A stretch of 64,000 bases of DNA from Nitrospirota bacterium (GCA_963701855.1 CAVPBK010000009.1:256001-320000), one strand, 5' to 3'; numbered from the stretch's first letter, positions 35,324 through 45,342 are shown. The notes: generated by a model from the sequence alone, not told the origin. Numbers and translations: made by a program.

Positions 35324-36256
35324 CTACGGCCTCTTCCGCCGCGCATGAGCCACCAATACTGCAACGGCACAACTGGCGATCCTGGCACGCACGCTATCGG
35401 CCCGGCTGGTTAGGATAATGGGAACCCGTGCACCCAGGACCATGCCTGCGCTGTCGGCTTTGGCAAGAAAGCTCAATTGCTTGGCAAGCATGTTACCCGC
35501 TTCCAAATCAGGGGCGAGCAAGATGTCGGGATCGCCGGCAACCGCGGATTGAATGCCTTTTGTCTCGGCTGCTTCCTTGCTGATGGCGTTGTCAAATGCC
35601 AGTGGTCCATCCAGGATGCCATTCTTGATCTGCCCACGATCAGCCATCTTGCAGAGCGCCGCCGCATCGATCGTGGCCGGCATTTTTGACGTAACAATTT
35701 CAACCGCGGCGAGGATGGCCACCTTGGGTCTTTCCAGACCCAAAGAGACTGCGAGATCGATTGCGTTCTGGCAGATATCAACCTTGTCCTCCAGACCAGG
35801 CGCGATATTGATCGCGCCGTCCGTAATGAGCAGAGGCTTGTGATAAGTCGGGACATCCATGAGGAAGGCGTGGCTGATGCGGCGTCCCGTGCGCAATCCA
35901 CCCTCGCGCGAGACGACCGCGCCCATGAGCTCATCCGTGTGCAGGCTTCCCTTCATCAGAATCTCAGCTCGACCTTCTCGAATGAGGGCAACAGCCTTCT
36001 CTGCTGCCGCATGGCTGTGCGGTACATCGATGATCTCCAGGTTCTTGAGATCGATGCCGGACGCCGCTGCCGTCTTTCTAATGCTGGCGGCTGGTCCAAC
36101 CAACAGCGGTATGATCAATCCTCGCTGGTACGCTTCGACCGCTCCGCTCAAGGCCGTCGCTTCACAGGGATGTGCCACCGCGGTAGGAATTGGCTCAAGA
36201 TTTTCGCACCGCGCAAGGAGTTGTTCGTATTTTCCTGTTCCAGTGGCATAGGTCAT
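35324..36256 (-). CDS. pta: phosphate acetyl/butyryltransferase
   Basis: Motifs LMKGSLHTDE, DGPLAFDNA, PDLEAGNML, LTSRADS. Confidence 0.88.
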   Translation of the reverse strand: MTYATGTGKYEQLLARCENLEPIPTAVAHPCEATALSGAVEAYQRGLIIPLLVGPAASIRKTAAASGIDLKNLEIIDVPHSHAAAEKAVALIREGRAEILMKGSLHTDELMGAVVSREGGLRTGRRISHAFLMDVPTYHKPLLITDGAINIAPGLEDKVDICQNAIDLAVSLGLERPKVAILAAVEIVTSKMPATIDAAALCKMADRGQIKNGILDGPLAFDNAISKEAAETKGIQSAVAGDPDILLAPDLEAGNMLAKQLSFLAKADSAGMVLGARVPIILTSRADSVRARIASCAVAVLVAHARRKRP

Positions 36257-36259
36257 GGC

Positions 36260-37558
36260 TTATCTCCTCCTTGCGTCGGCTGCCGTCGGTGTGGTGCGTG
36301 CTGCCGATCCCGTCTCTTTCAACAACATGGTCAACACGACCGCGATGGCCACGCCATAGAGAAGAGAGACAAAGGTAGACTGGTAATGCTCCGCCTTCAT
36401 TGGCGAAGCTCCCCCTGACGCGGTGTACAGAATCCAACTGAACACCGGTCCGAGTAAGGCGCTGAACGTAAAATTCAGGAAGTTGATCACACCAGTCGCG
36501 GTGCCACCAAAGTGCGGCGGGTTGGCCTCTTTGATCACGGTGTAGGGCAACATCGCCGCACCGGATGCGATGCCGGCGATAAGGCCTACCGAATACGGAG
36601 GGAACAGGCCCGTCTTCCCGTAGAGGATCCAGCCCAGACACGCGAGCAGCACCAGGGAGGCGCTGATGATCACCGGCTTGCGCCGTCCGATTCGATCGGA
36701 AATAAGTCCAAGCAGGGGGCAACCAATGATCCAACCGAAGGGAACTGCGGCCGAGCGCATGACTGCCGAGCCGTACTCCAGACCATGCGCTTCCTGGAGG
36801 TAGCGGACACCCCAAATCATGTCGAAGATCGTTGTCGGGATGAATAGCAACCCGGAGATCACGCCACACAAAATCGACTGCGGATTCTTGAACACGGTTT
36901 TGAAACCTCTGGCCGTGCTCTTCAATCCACTACCGGGCAGTTTGGTCGGTTCGTCTTTCGGAAGGAGGACAAACAAGATTGCGCCAATCAACAAACCGCC
37001 GACTCCCATTCCTGTCCAAAAGATATTCCAGGCTAACCCGTGCCCGATCAGAGGCCCGACGAGGAACTGTCCTGCCGATCCGCCCCCCATTCCAAACATC
37101 TGGGTGGCGCCGATCAACGTGGCGGCACGCGACGGCGAAAAGTTTGTGGTTGCGATATAGATCGCGCCTACAAGCGCAAAGACTCCGCCGGCGCCCTGCA
37201 TGAACCTCCCGACACTCGCGAAATTGTGGTTGCCTGTCGCAAACAGCAACGCCCCAATACCGACGACAGCCGCCGCTCCTGGCAATAGGCGGCGCGGCCC
37301 AAGTCGATCCATCGCCGCTCCAGCGACCAAACTGAAGGGCGAGTATCCGTAATAGAACAAGCCGACGAGGGAAGCGACAGCGAGCGGGCTGATTCCGAAC
37401 GCATCGCTCAGCTCCGGCATCATCACCGCCGGAGCCGAGCGAAGAGCGTACTGGTAGAAATAGTAGATCGCCGTTAACATCCAGGCAATGACAGCGAGAC
37501 GGACGCTCTTGTGTAAATCTCTCTTGCCTGTCACTTCAATAGTGGCTGCCGTTTCCAT
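36260..37558 (-). CDS. MFS transporter
   Basis: About 12 TM segments; motif A GAAMDRLGPRR and SDRIGRRK. Confidence 0.92.
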   Translation of the reverse strand: METAATIEVTGKRDLHKSVRLAVIAWMLTAIYYFYQYALRSAPAVMMPELSDAFGISPLAVASLVGLFYYGYSPFSLVAGAAMDRLGPRRLLPGAAAVVGIGALLFATGNHNFASVGRFMQGAGGVFALVGAIYIATTNFSPSRAATLIGATQMFGMGGGSAGQFLVGPLIGHGLAWNIFWTGMGVGGLLIGAILFVLLPKDEPTKLPGSGLKSTARGFKTVFKNPQSILCGVISGLLFIPTTIFDMIWGVRYLQEAHGLEYGSAVMRSAAVPFGWIIGCPLLGLISDRIGRRKPVIISASLVLLACLGWILYGKTGLFPPYSVGLIAGIASGAAMLPYTVIKEANPPHFGGTATGVINFLNFTFSALLGPVFSWILYTASGGASPMKAEHYQSTFVSLLYGVAIAVVLTMLLKETGSAARTTPTAADARRR

Positions 37559-37585
37559 CAGTTCTCCGTCCGTTGCGCGGCTCGA

Positions 37586-39136
37586 TCAACAGAGCGTCAC
37601 GGAGACGGCCAGTCCGGCCTCGCTCGTTTCCTTGTACTTACTGTTCATTTCCTTGGCGGTCTGAGCCATCGCCGTGATCGTGGCGTCCAAATCAACCCGA
37701 TGTCTGCTTTCGATCTCATTGGTGGCGATCACGTAAGCGGTCCAGGCCTTGACGGCGCCGAAAGCGCATCGCTCAATGCACGGGACCTGAACGAATCCGG
37801 CGACCGGGTCGCAGGTCATTCCCAGATGATGTTCCAGCGCCGACTCCGCCGCGTTCTCGACGACCCGGGGACTCGCGTCGTATGCGGTCGTGAGGAGTGC
37901 CGCGGCCATCGCCGACGCGACGCCGATCTCCGCCTGGCAGCCACCCTCGGCGGCAGATAGCGTCGCATTGTGCTTGCACAGGTAACCAATCGCCGCCGCC
38001 GCAAGCATGCCTTGGCGGATCTTATCTGCCGGAACCTTGCGCTGTTCGCTCAGCCCGTACACCAGGGCTGGCATGACTCCGGCGGACCCTCCTGTCGGCG
38101 CGGTGATGACGAGGTGGCCCCGCGCGTTTTCCTCGGACGCCGCCAGCGCCCACGCCGAGACGACACCAATGGCGCGATCCGTCTCGTATTTATCGTCCAT
38201 GGCGCGTTTGAACACGGTTGCCGCCTTGCTGTGCAGCTTGATGGGGCCAGGCAACACGCTGTCTTCCGGAGCACTCAACCCTGACTTCACAGCGGCGATC
38301 ATCGCGTTCGTGATCTTGTCGATGAAGGCATAGACCTCCGCCTCGCTCCTCCCGGGGATCGCCATCTCGTTGGCGAGGATGACTTGCGCAATCGTCAAGT
38401 TGTTTTTCTCCGCGTGCTGCCGAAGTTCTTTCATCGTCGAGAACGGGTACTTCGGCTGGTTTTTCTTCGGAGGCGTATAGCCTTTCCACTCGATGAATCC
38501 GCCGCCCACAGAGTAGTACTCTTGCTCCAGCAGCACATCCTTTCCTGCCAGGAGCTTGCAGGTCATGGTGTTGGGGTGCGGGAAGTCGCCCTTGGGGGCA
38601 TCGTAGACAATGTCCTTGAGACTCACGCTAACGGTCTTGCTGCCGAGCTTCACCGGAAACGACTGGTCAGGCTTATCGCGCAGGCTGTCGAGAAACGCGG
38701 GGTCAACGGTTGCCGGCTCCTTCCCGACCAACCCCGCGAGCGAGGCACGCTCCGTACCGTGCCCTTTGCCCGTCGCACTGAGGCTGCCATACAAGTGAAC
38801 CTTGAGCGCTGTTGCTTTGTCGAGTGTGTCCGCCGGCAGTTTGGTACAGCGCTGGTAGAATTCGTAGGTAATGCGCATCGGGCCGATCGTGTGCGAGCTC
38901 GAGGGACCAGGCCCGACTTTGTAGAATTCGTCCAGCGTCGTCATCACCGGCCCCTTTTTCTCCTTCACGACGTTCAGATCGTTTGAGAGCGGCGGCGGCG
39001 GCCCTGCAGTGGACCGCTTTGTTCTCTCCTCAGCGCTGACCGGTTGACCCAGTATCACCGCAGTTGCGCCGATCAACGCGCTTCGCATTAAGAAAGTGCG
39101 ACGATCGACACCAGGCGGGATTTCTTGCGAAATCAA
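37586..39136 (-). CDS. sdaA: Fe-S L-serine ammonia-lyase (single chain) with twin-arginine signal-like leader
   Basis: VGPGPSSSHTIGP, APTGGSAG, GGCQAEIG, GMTCDPVAG..VPCIERC; leader DRRTFLMRSALIGATAVILGQPVSA. Best RBS/ATG is at 39233, one base out of frame. Confidence 0.92.
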   Translation of the reverse strand: MISQEIPPGVDRRTFLMRSALIGATAVILGQPVSAEERTKRSTAGPPPPLSNDLNVVKEKKGPVMTTLDEFYKVGPGPSSSHTIGPMRITYEFYQRCTKLPADTLDKATALKVHLYGSLSATGKGHGTERASLAGLVGKEPATVDPAFLDSLRDKPDQSFPVKLGSKTVSVSLKDIVYDAPKGDFPHPNTMTCKLLAGKDVLLEQEYYSVGGGFIEWKGYTPPKKNQPKYPFSTMKELRQHAEKNNLTIAQVILANEMAIPGRSEAEVYAFIDKITNAMIAAVKSGLSAPEDSVLPGPIKLHSKAATVFKRAMDDKYETDRAIGVVSAWALAASEENARGHLVITAPTGGSAGVMPALVYGLSEQRKVPADKIRQGMLAAAAIGYLCKHNATLSAAEGGCQAEIGVASAMAAALLTTAYDASPRVVENAAESALEHHLGMTCDPVAGFVQVPCIERCAFGAVKAWTAYVIATNEIESRHRVDLDATITAMAQTAKEMNSKYKETSEAGLAVSVTLC

Positions 39137-39359
39137 CCGGTCCGCGCGGCCAAGCGGGCCTTCCTGGCCGGCCTCATGTGTGTGTTCTTCCGAATTGAGA
39201 TCACCAGCCTCGTGTCTTTTCTTTGTTCCTCATGTCGTCCCTCCTTCGTTTGAAGCAATGTAATCTCGTTCGTCAAACTCGTCGACTACCGTGATGAGCG
39301 CAGCCGCCGTTGTTGTGAGCACGGCGCATGTGCGACGCCGGTTCACGGCCGACAAAAGG

Positions 39360-40907
39360 TCACCAATTCCCCAGATTCACGAGGTCGTACTGCAAGACGA
39401 AGTTAAGCCGGATGTCGTCCCCTCGCTCCCCGGTTTTCACCGTATGTTGCCCCCACAAGAGTCCGCCCCCGACCGTGAATCCTGCACCAGGACTGTACAT
39501 CAGATTGCCTTCCGCATACTGGGTGCTCGTGAAGTTACTGTTCGAGTTGAGGGTTACCGTAGGAGACGCGATGTTCGTCGTACTGACATGCAAATATCCA
39601 TAGGTGAATGACGAGCGCCATCGTTCAGCCCAAAAATGCTGATACGAACCAAACGCTCCCCATGCCGGCAGAGCGACAATCGTCCCGTCCGGCTTGACGC
39701 CGACGTCTAGGCCGGTCCCCTCCCCGAGGTCGTTTATGTACCGGGCAATCCCGTCCCCGATGATGCCTTGGACCATGACGTTGTCTTTCTTATAGACCGT
39801 CGCGGCAGCCGACACCATGCCGCCCCATCCGAAGACATGTTTATCAGTCCCCGGAGTGACAAAGCCGCCCAGGTCGCGGAACAACCAGGCATTCTGAATG
39901 TGGAATCGGCTCTGCTCATGGCGGTATCGAAGGACAAAGTCAGGGATCGGGTTGTTTACATTGATGGCTGTGGTTCCACTCGTGACGGTCCCTGGCATTT
40001 GCGTGTTCGGTTGCTCGACAGACACCGCAATATTGTTCTCCTTGTTCATCGCGTAGGTATACCGGACCTGCGGTTGCAGTCTGAAGATCCAGGAGTTCGG
40101 TCCTTCGAAGTCCACCGTGTCCGGAATGGCATCCTGGTCTCCCCAGGCAGTCCAGGTCTGTCCGACGAGTACATTCTGCCATTGACCATAAAAATGGCGC
40201 AGCCGGAAGCTGTTCGTCGTATTCGGGCCGTTGTTGAAGTCGTTCTCATAATAGATGCGCAGGGGGCCGTAATTCGTGTTGTTCCTGATTTCGAAGCTGA
40301 TTCTCGACGGAGCCACACTCATGCTGGTGTTGTCGCTTCCCGGATTGGGACCGGTTGGAATCGATGAGGTCACAAATTTGGACGTATTGCCGGCTGGGCT
40401 GAAATCATGAATCACGTCCGTCCTCGCGAACCCCCCGAGCCGCAACATGGTCTCGGTTCCAGGCAGGCGAAAGAATCCCCTGAGTTGAGGATCGAACGGT
40501 GCATTGTCAAGCCGCGGATCGGCGTAGTTGTCTTGGCGCAGCATCCCGCGCTCGCGTTCATGCTCGGGAACTTCGGCGCTCGTACCCGGCGTCGGACGCT
40601 GGTATCCCTCCTCACGGTTGACGTTGCTCTCGCCAACCTTAGGTGAGCCGCGATCTTTCTTCAGTTCCTCCACCATCTGTTCGAGAGACTTCACCCGTTC
40701 TTTTAACGATTCATCCGACGCCGCTGATGGCGCTGGGCCTTGTCCCGGTTTACCCTGATCTTGGGCCACGGAAAAGGTCGGACACAACAGAACAAGAATT
40801 GAGGCGATCGCGAGAATCGTCCGGACTATCGAGGACACGGGACGCCTTCGTGCGTCGGACGGACAGGTTTCGACCATCTCCTTGTTGGTTAGTTGTGATC
40901 TTCTCAT
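39360..40907 (-). CDS. DcaP-like trimeric outer-membrane porin
   Basis: Signal peptide, short coiled coil, then FRLRHFY, GQTWT, DFEGP, QPQVRY, PDFVLRY strands; RBS AAGGAG. Confidence 0.82.
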   Translation of the reverse strand: MRRSQLTNKEMVETCPSDARRRPVSSIVRTILAIASILVLLCPTFSVAQDQGKPGQGPAPSAASDESLKERVKSLEQMVEELKKDRGSPKVGESNVNREEGYQRPTPGTSAEVPEHERERGMLRQDNYADPRLDNAPFDPQLRGFFRLPGTETMLRLGGFARTDVIHDFSPAGNTSKFVTSSIPTGPNPGSDNTSMSVAPSRISFEIRNNTNYGPLRIYYENDFNNGPNTTNSFRLRHFYGQWQNVLVGQTWTAWGDQDAIPDTVDFEGPNSWIFRLQPQVRYTYAMNKENNIAVSVEQPNTQMPGTVTSGTTAINVNNPIPDFVLRYRHEQSRFHIQNAWLFRDLGGFVTPGTDKHVFGWGGMVSAAATVYKKDNVMVQGIIGDGIARYINDLGEGTGLDVGVKPDGTIVALPAWGAFGSYQHFWAERWRSSFTYGYLHVSTTNIASPTVTLNSNSNFTSTQYAEGNLMYSPGAGFTVGGGLLWGQHTVKTGERGDDIRLNFVLQYDLVNLGNW

Positions 40908-41029
40908 GGCAATTCTCCTTGTCGTTGAGGTCACTGCCCACTGTCTGCCGCAGCCTTGCATGGCTGAATGGGAAAGGATCCCTTGAATCGCAGATCGAGC
41001 GGTGTCTTGTCTGGTCTCGGCTCAGCATG

Positions 41030-41145
41030 GGGGTCCTGCCGGAGCATCATCTCAGGAACGAGTCCGAGGACACGGTCAATCGTGGCATTAGGCTCATCGT
41101 CACGATAAGCACCCTAGTTCTAGGCTTGGTCACGGCCTCAGCCAG
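41030..41145 (+). pseudogene. internal fragment of a DUF4239-like membrane protein gene
   Basis: LPEHHLRNESEDTVNRGIRLIVTISTLVLGLVTASA with no convincing start or continuation. Confidence 0.5.
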
Positions 41146-41340
41146 TCAAAGGAATCTGAGCGGCCAGAAATTCTTGGCCTCCGCGTCGGTGAGAATCCTA
41201 TTGGCGGCGACGATGAGCTTCTTGTCGGCTTTGATTTTCTCTTTCAGAATGTCCATGTTCATCTGCTCAGCCTGCTGAGCATGAACCGGCCCTAGAATGA
41301 GAAACGACAGCATGAGCATCCCGATCTGCAGAATCATCAT
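41146..41340 (-). pseudogene. truncated secreted protein
   Basis: RBS GGAGGAG, signal peptide ending VHA, then DILKEKIKADKKLIVAAN..LTDAEAKNFWP and an abrupt stop at the junction with the opposite-strand fragment. Confidence 0.5.
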
Positions 41341-41404
41341 GATACGTTCTCCTCCCTTGGTTAATTCACGACCGGCCATAGACATATCTCGACGGTAGCT
41401 ACGC

Positions 41405-42043
41405 CTACAACACCGGCTTAATCTCGACGAATGGGGTGACCTCTTTCACCCCTTCGGTGGCGCGGATGATGCGCAGGACGCTCTGCCGCTCATCCTCGCT
41501 CCGAGACCGGCCGATGAGGTACACGACGTTCCGGACCGACCGCCACCGGTAGTTGACCGAGTTGATACCGCGAGTCGAGATCAACTGCGCGTTGATCTTC
41601 GTTTCGATCCAAAAATCGTTGACGGTCTGTTCGACGCCGCTTTTCTGGGAAGCGTCCTTGTTCTTGGCCGCCTCCCGCCGCTGTTCCTGCTCCGCCTTGG
41701 ACACAAGCTGGATCTCGTCGTAGATCTTTCGTATGCGGGGATCCGACTGCTGGACTAGTTGGACCACGTCCTTCTTCATCTTGGCATCGTCGAGCGTGCC
41801 AGTCAGCATCACCCGCTGCTCCCAGACGTCCGTCTTGACGTCGAGCAGCAGACTTTTATCCTTGTCAGCCAGGGCGGAGAGGATACCGGTGTCGATCTTC
41901 GCATCAAGGATATGATCGTCATTGGAACGATCTTCCAGGGCCGTTTTGGCCGCTTGCTCATAGACCTGCATGCATCCGGTCGCGCCGAGCACGGCGACCC
42001 CCGCCACAGTGACCAAGACCATCCGTGCAATACATTGATTCAT
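41405..42043 (-). CDS. dual BON-domain lipoprotein
   Basis: Lipobox ATGC; two BON repeats (D..LDAKI..V..LTG; D.WIETKI..VYLIG..GVKEV). Confidence 0.88.
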   Translation of the reverse strand: MNQCIARMVLVTVAGVAVLGATGCMQVYEQAAKTALEDRSNDDHILDAKIDTGILSALADKDKSLLLDVKTDVWEQRVMLTGTLDDAKMKKDVVQLVQQSDPRIRKIYDEIQLVSKAEQEQRREAAKNKDASQKSGVEQTVNDFWIETKINAQLISTRGINSVNYRWRSVRNVVYLIGRSRSEDERQSVLRIIRATEGVKEVTPFVEIKPVL

Positions 42044-42074
42044 GATGTCCTCCCCTTTTGTTGAGTGCATGGCA

Positions 42075-42232
42075 TTAGCAGGATGCTGAAAAAGTCCGCC
42101 AGCGTTATTGAAAGGTTAAGGCTGAGGCTAAGGTTGAGCAAACAAGAACCTGTTCGATGCTTAACCTTAACCTCCACCTAAGCCTTCTTCATTTGCTGCG
42201 GCCTTGCTGAACAGCCTTTTTGAGCATCCTGC
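42075..42232. mobile_element. MITE-like element with family A ends and a different (6-bp period) interior
   Basis: CAGGATGCTGAAAAAG ... CTTTTTGAGCATCCTG inverted ends; interior GGTTAA/GGCTGA units then TTAACC/TCCACC units. Confidence 0.7.
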
Positions 42233-42819
42233 GACTATTTTGACATCGGCATCCACACCGTTTACAAACCTGGCCCTTTGGGCTCAGTTCGAGCGCTCCT
42301 TCTCGACTGAACGATCGACGGTCAAGAAAACCTAGTTCCATGTGAGTCCTGGACATTCGAGCACGATGTCATCGAATGCGCTGCCCGGCGAGCGAGGAAT
42401 TTTTCCCTGACTTGCTGATCAAGGCGGTACATATTGGGGACTCATATATCAACTGCTGAAGAAATGCAATGCACAGTCACCGCGTCGTGCAGCTAGAGCG
42501 CCAGGCAATGTTCGGGAGACTGCGTAGCAGCATAAATTCGGATTAACAAAGGGTTAAGCATTTCGAAGAGCTACTCGTGTAATGCGACTCAATCATGTGG
42601 TGGGGTGTTTAGGGGCAACCACGTACTGTATGGTTGCCCCTAATTTCCAGAATTAAGCCCGATGGTTCCCATCGAGTTGAAGCGGCTCAGGCACAGCTTC
42701 TCTTTTCAGAATGTCAAAACCCCAAAGAGAGTTTCCGGCATATGGCTGCTATATAGCTGGTCTTTCTCACAACCGCTCTCGGAAGGCGAATTCGATCAAT
42801 AGAATTGCCGCTGATACCA

Positions 42820-43007
42820 TAGGAGCCTGCCCGACATTGACCGTTCTACTGCGGCGAACGATCTGCAACCATCTGCGTCGTGCTCGGCCCTGAAAAATCC
42901 TCAACGTATTCCAGTGAATACGCCTCCGGTTTTTTCTGGCCTTGCGCCGCTCATCTGGTTGTATCTCCTTCGCCTCGCCACGAAGGCAATGTCGGACAGG
43001 CTCCTAG
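42820..43007. mobile_element. family B MITE, 188 bp, copy 1
   Basis: Terminal inverted repeats TAGGAGCCTG(C/T)CCGACATTG; near-identical inverted copy at 47590-47777. Confidence 0.85.
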
Positions 43008-43093
43008 TCCTTGAGGACTGTATGATGTCCATGGCGGGACATCATGCAAAGAATACATTTTCCCTACGAGCCAAACTTTACCAGTACGCAAAC

Positions 43094-43123
43094 TTGACGC
43101 ACCTTGACTGCTGATGATAGTTT
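43094..43123 (+). promoter_or_regulatory. putative sigma70 promoter for atpG
   Basis: TTGACG, 18-nt spacer, extended -10 TG-A-TAGTTT, about 70 bp upstream of the atpG start. Confidence 0.4.
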
Positions 43124-43190
43124 CCGTCTCCTATTTCGCACTGAGTTACCATAAAAACTCTTCTTCGACGAACAAGTAGGTATAGCCGAC

Positions 43191-44093
43191 ATGCCCAGCC
43201 TTCAATCCGTCAGACGCAAGATCGATTCCGTTAAAAAAACCCAAAAAATCACGAAAGCCATGAAAATGGTTGCGGCGGCGAAACTCAAACGCACGCAGGC
43301 CCGCATTCTCGCGGCGCGGCCCTATGCCCTGAAGATGCGGGAGGCGATCCGCAACCTCAGCCGGCGTGTCAATCGAGAGGCTCACCCGTTGCTCCGTAAA
43401 CGGGAAGGCGCCCACCGTAACGTGATCGTAACGGTCGTGACGAGCGACCGCGGATTATGCGGGGCATTTAACGCGAACATTCTCCGCACGGCCGTCAATG
43501 CACTGAAGGAATTGGAATCCCGCGGTGTGAAGGCTGAGGTCGCTGTGGTCGGTCGGAAAGGCCGCGACTTTTTTCGGCGACGAGACTGGACGGTGCGTCG
43601 TGAGGTGGTGGACATCTTCGATAAATTGTCGTTCGAGCACGGGATGGTGATGGGAGAAGAATTTCCAGCCATCGTCGAATACTCGGAGGGGCATATCGAT
43701 GCGGTGTATATCATCTACAATGAGTTCAAATCCGCCATCCAGCAACGGGTGGTTGTCGAACAGCTCCTTCCATTCGACTGGATCGTTGAAATCACCGGCG
43801 TGAAGGACCTTGACCAAGCCACCGATGTCGTCCCCGGAGGTTATCAGTATGAACCGAGTGAGGACGAACTGCTTAGGCAGCTTCTTCACCGTAACCTCCA
43901 CGTCCAGGCGTACCGTGTGCTGCTGGAATCTTCGGCCGCCGAGCAGGGTGCCCGCATGGCGGCTATGGACGGCGCCACGCGCAACGCGGGTGAACTCATC
44001 AAAAAGCTGACGACCTACTATAACAAGACCAGGCAATCCGTGATCACCAAGGAACTCATGGATATAGTCGGTGGCGCCGAAGCCCTGAAATAA
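43191..44093 (+). CDS. atpG: F1Fo ATP synthase gamma subunit (no other atp genes adjacent)
   Basis: KITKAMKMVAAAK, TSDRGLCGAFN, ARMAAMDGATRNA, YNKTRQSVITKELMDIVGGAEAL. Confidence 0.97.
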   Translation: MPSLQSVRRKIDSVKKTQKITKAMKMVAAAKLKRTQARILAARPYALKMREAIRNLSRRVNREAHPLLRKREGAHRNVIVTVVTSDRGLCGAFNANILRTAVNALKELESRGVKAEVAVVGRKGRDFFRRRDWTVRREVVDIFDKLSFEHGMVMGEEFPAIVEYSEGHIDAVYIIYNEFKSAIQQRVVVEQLLPFDWIVEITGVKDLDQATDVVPGGYQYEPSEDELLRQLLHRNLHVQAYRVLLESSAAEQGARMAAMDGATRNAGELIKKLTTYYNKTRQSVITKELMDIVGGAEALK

Positions 44094-44228
44094 CCCTGTT
44101 GGTTCATTTGGTTGCTCAGGTTTGTTTTGTTTATCTGGTTGGTCTCGTTTAACCAAAAAAACAAGACAAACCAAACAAGCCAAATAACGTTCTTCTTACG
44201 CTGGTAGACTTTTTCAACATCCTTTTAG
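44094..44228. repeat. family A repeat
   Basis: Inverted 9-mer arrays plus end ACTTTTTCAACATCCTTTTAG immediately after the atpG stop. Confidence 0.7.
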
Positions 44229-44238
44229 GAGAAGACTG

Positions 44239-45342
44239 ATGGACCGACTCAAGACGGTAACCCATTCCCCTTCCGTTCGCCTCCACCACTGGTTCATGAC
44301 CTACCGGATCGTCACCTGCGCCGCCCTCAGCCTCTGGGCCGGCCTGACGTTCAACGGATCCATCCTTGAGGCAGCAACTCTCCCGACGGCCGATGAAGTC
44401 TTTCAAGAATTGCATCTATCGGACATCGACCGGAAAAACATCATGCAGGGCAAGATCGTCGATTGGTCGGCCAGTGAAGGGTCGGATCGGGAGTTGGCGA
44501 TTGGTTTTGCCGGGCTGGTCAAAGCCAAACCACAGGATCTGTATCCGTCTTATCGGGAAGCCCTCGTGCTCAAAGAGGTGCCGGTGATCACGGCCTATGG
44601 TCGCCTCACAGGAGAAGGCACCATGGCGGACTTGGCCGGGGTAAAGTTGCAACCGAATGGAGAGAAGGAAGCCAAGCGTTATTTGAATGTGCAACCGGGC
44701 AACGAATTGAATCTCGACGCGAAGGAGATCGCGGCTTTCCAAGCGCTGAAGGCAGGAGGCGATGCGGACGCCGTGCCTGTAGAAAAAGTCGAGGCCCTTG
44801 TGCGCCAGGGGTTGTTGGCCCGATACCAAGCCTATCGAAAAGGAGGACTGTCCGGCATCGCACCCTATGAGCGTGGCGGTTCGGATCAGCTGCGTGCCGG
44901 GGATGAGTTGCTGCTATCCACGAAGAGCTTGACTGGTACCGCCAAGCATCTCCCGGCTTTCCACAAGTTCCTGCTCAACTATCCCAACGGTCTGACCACG
45001 GAGGAGGCCAAGAATCTGGAAGAATTCTTCTTTTGGCTCAATATCGACGTGTTCGGCCGCCCGACCTATGTGCTGGTTCATCGTATGCTATACCACATAG
45101 GCGACGCAGCGCTCGCTGTCGAGCGCCATTTTTACGCGAGCCACGATTACAACAGCATGCTCCAGCAAGTCGCCGCGGTTCCGACCAAAGACGGCACCGT
45201 GTTATTTTACATCGGTCGGGTCTCGACCGATCAAGTGGCGGGGTTTGGGTCTTCAGCGCTTCATCCTGTGTCCCGCGCTATCGCCGCGCCATATCTCAAG
45301 GACATGTTCATCAAAATTCAGGCCAAAGAGGGGAGGAAGTAG
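44239..45342 (+). CDS. secreted hypothetical protein, paralog 1
   Basis: RBS AGGAG, signal-like segment; shares SDRELA, LNLDAKEIAAF, FGRPTY, SHDYNS and RVSTDQV with the next gene. Confidence 0.8.
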   Translation: MDRLKTVTHSPSVRLHHWFMTYRIVTCAALSLWAGLTFNGSILEAATLPTADEVFQELHLSDIDRKNIMQGKIVDWSASEGSDRELAIGFAGLVKAKPQDLYPSYREALVLKEVPVITAYGRLTGEGTMADLAGVKLQPNGEKEAKRYLNVQPGNELNLDAKEIAAFQALKAGGDADAVPVEKVEALVRQGLLARYQAYRKGGLSGIAPYERGGSDQLRAGDELLLSTKSLTGTAKHLPAFHKFLLNYPNGLTTEEAKNLEEFFFWLNIDVFGRPTYVLVHRMLYHIGDAALAVERHFYASHDYNSMLQQVAAVPTKDGTVLFYIGRVSTDQVAGFGSSALHPVSRAIAAPYLKDMFIKIQAKEGRK

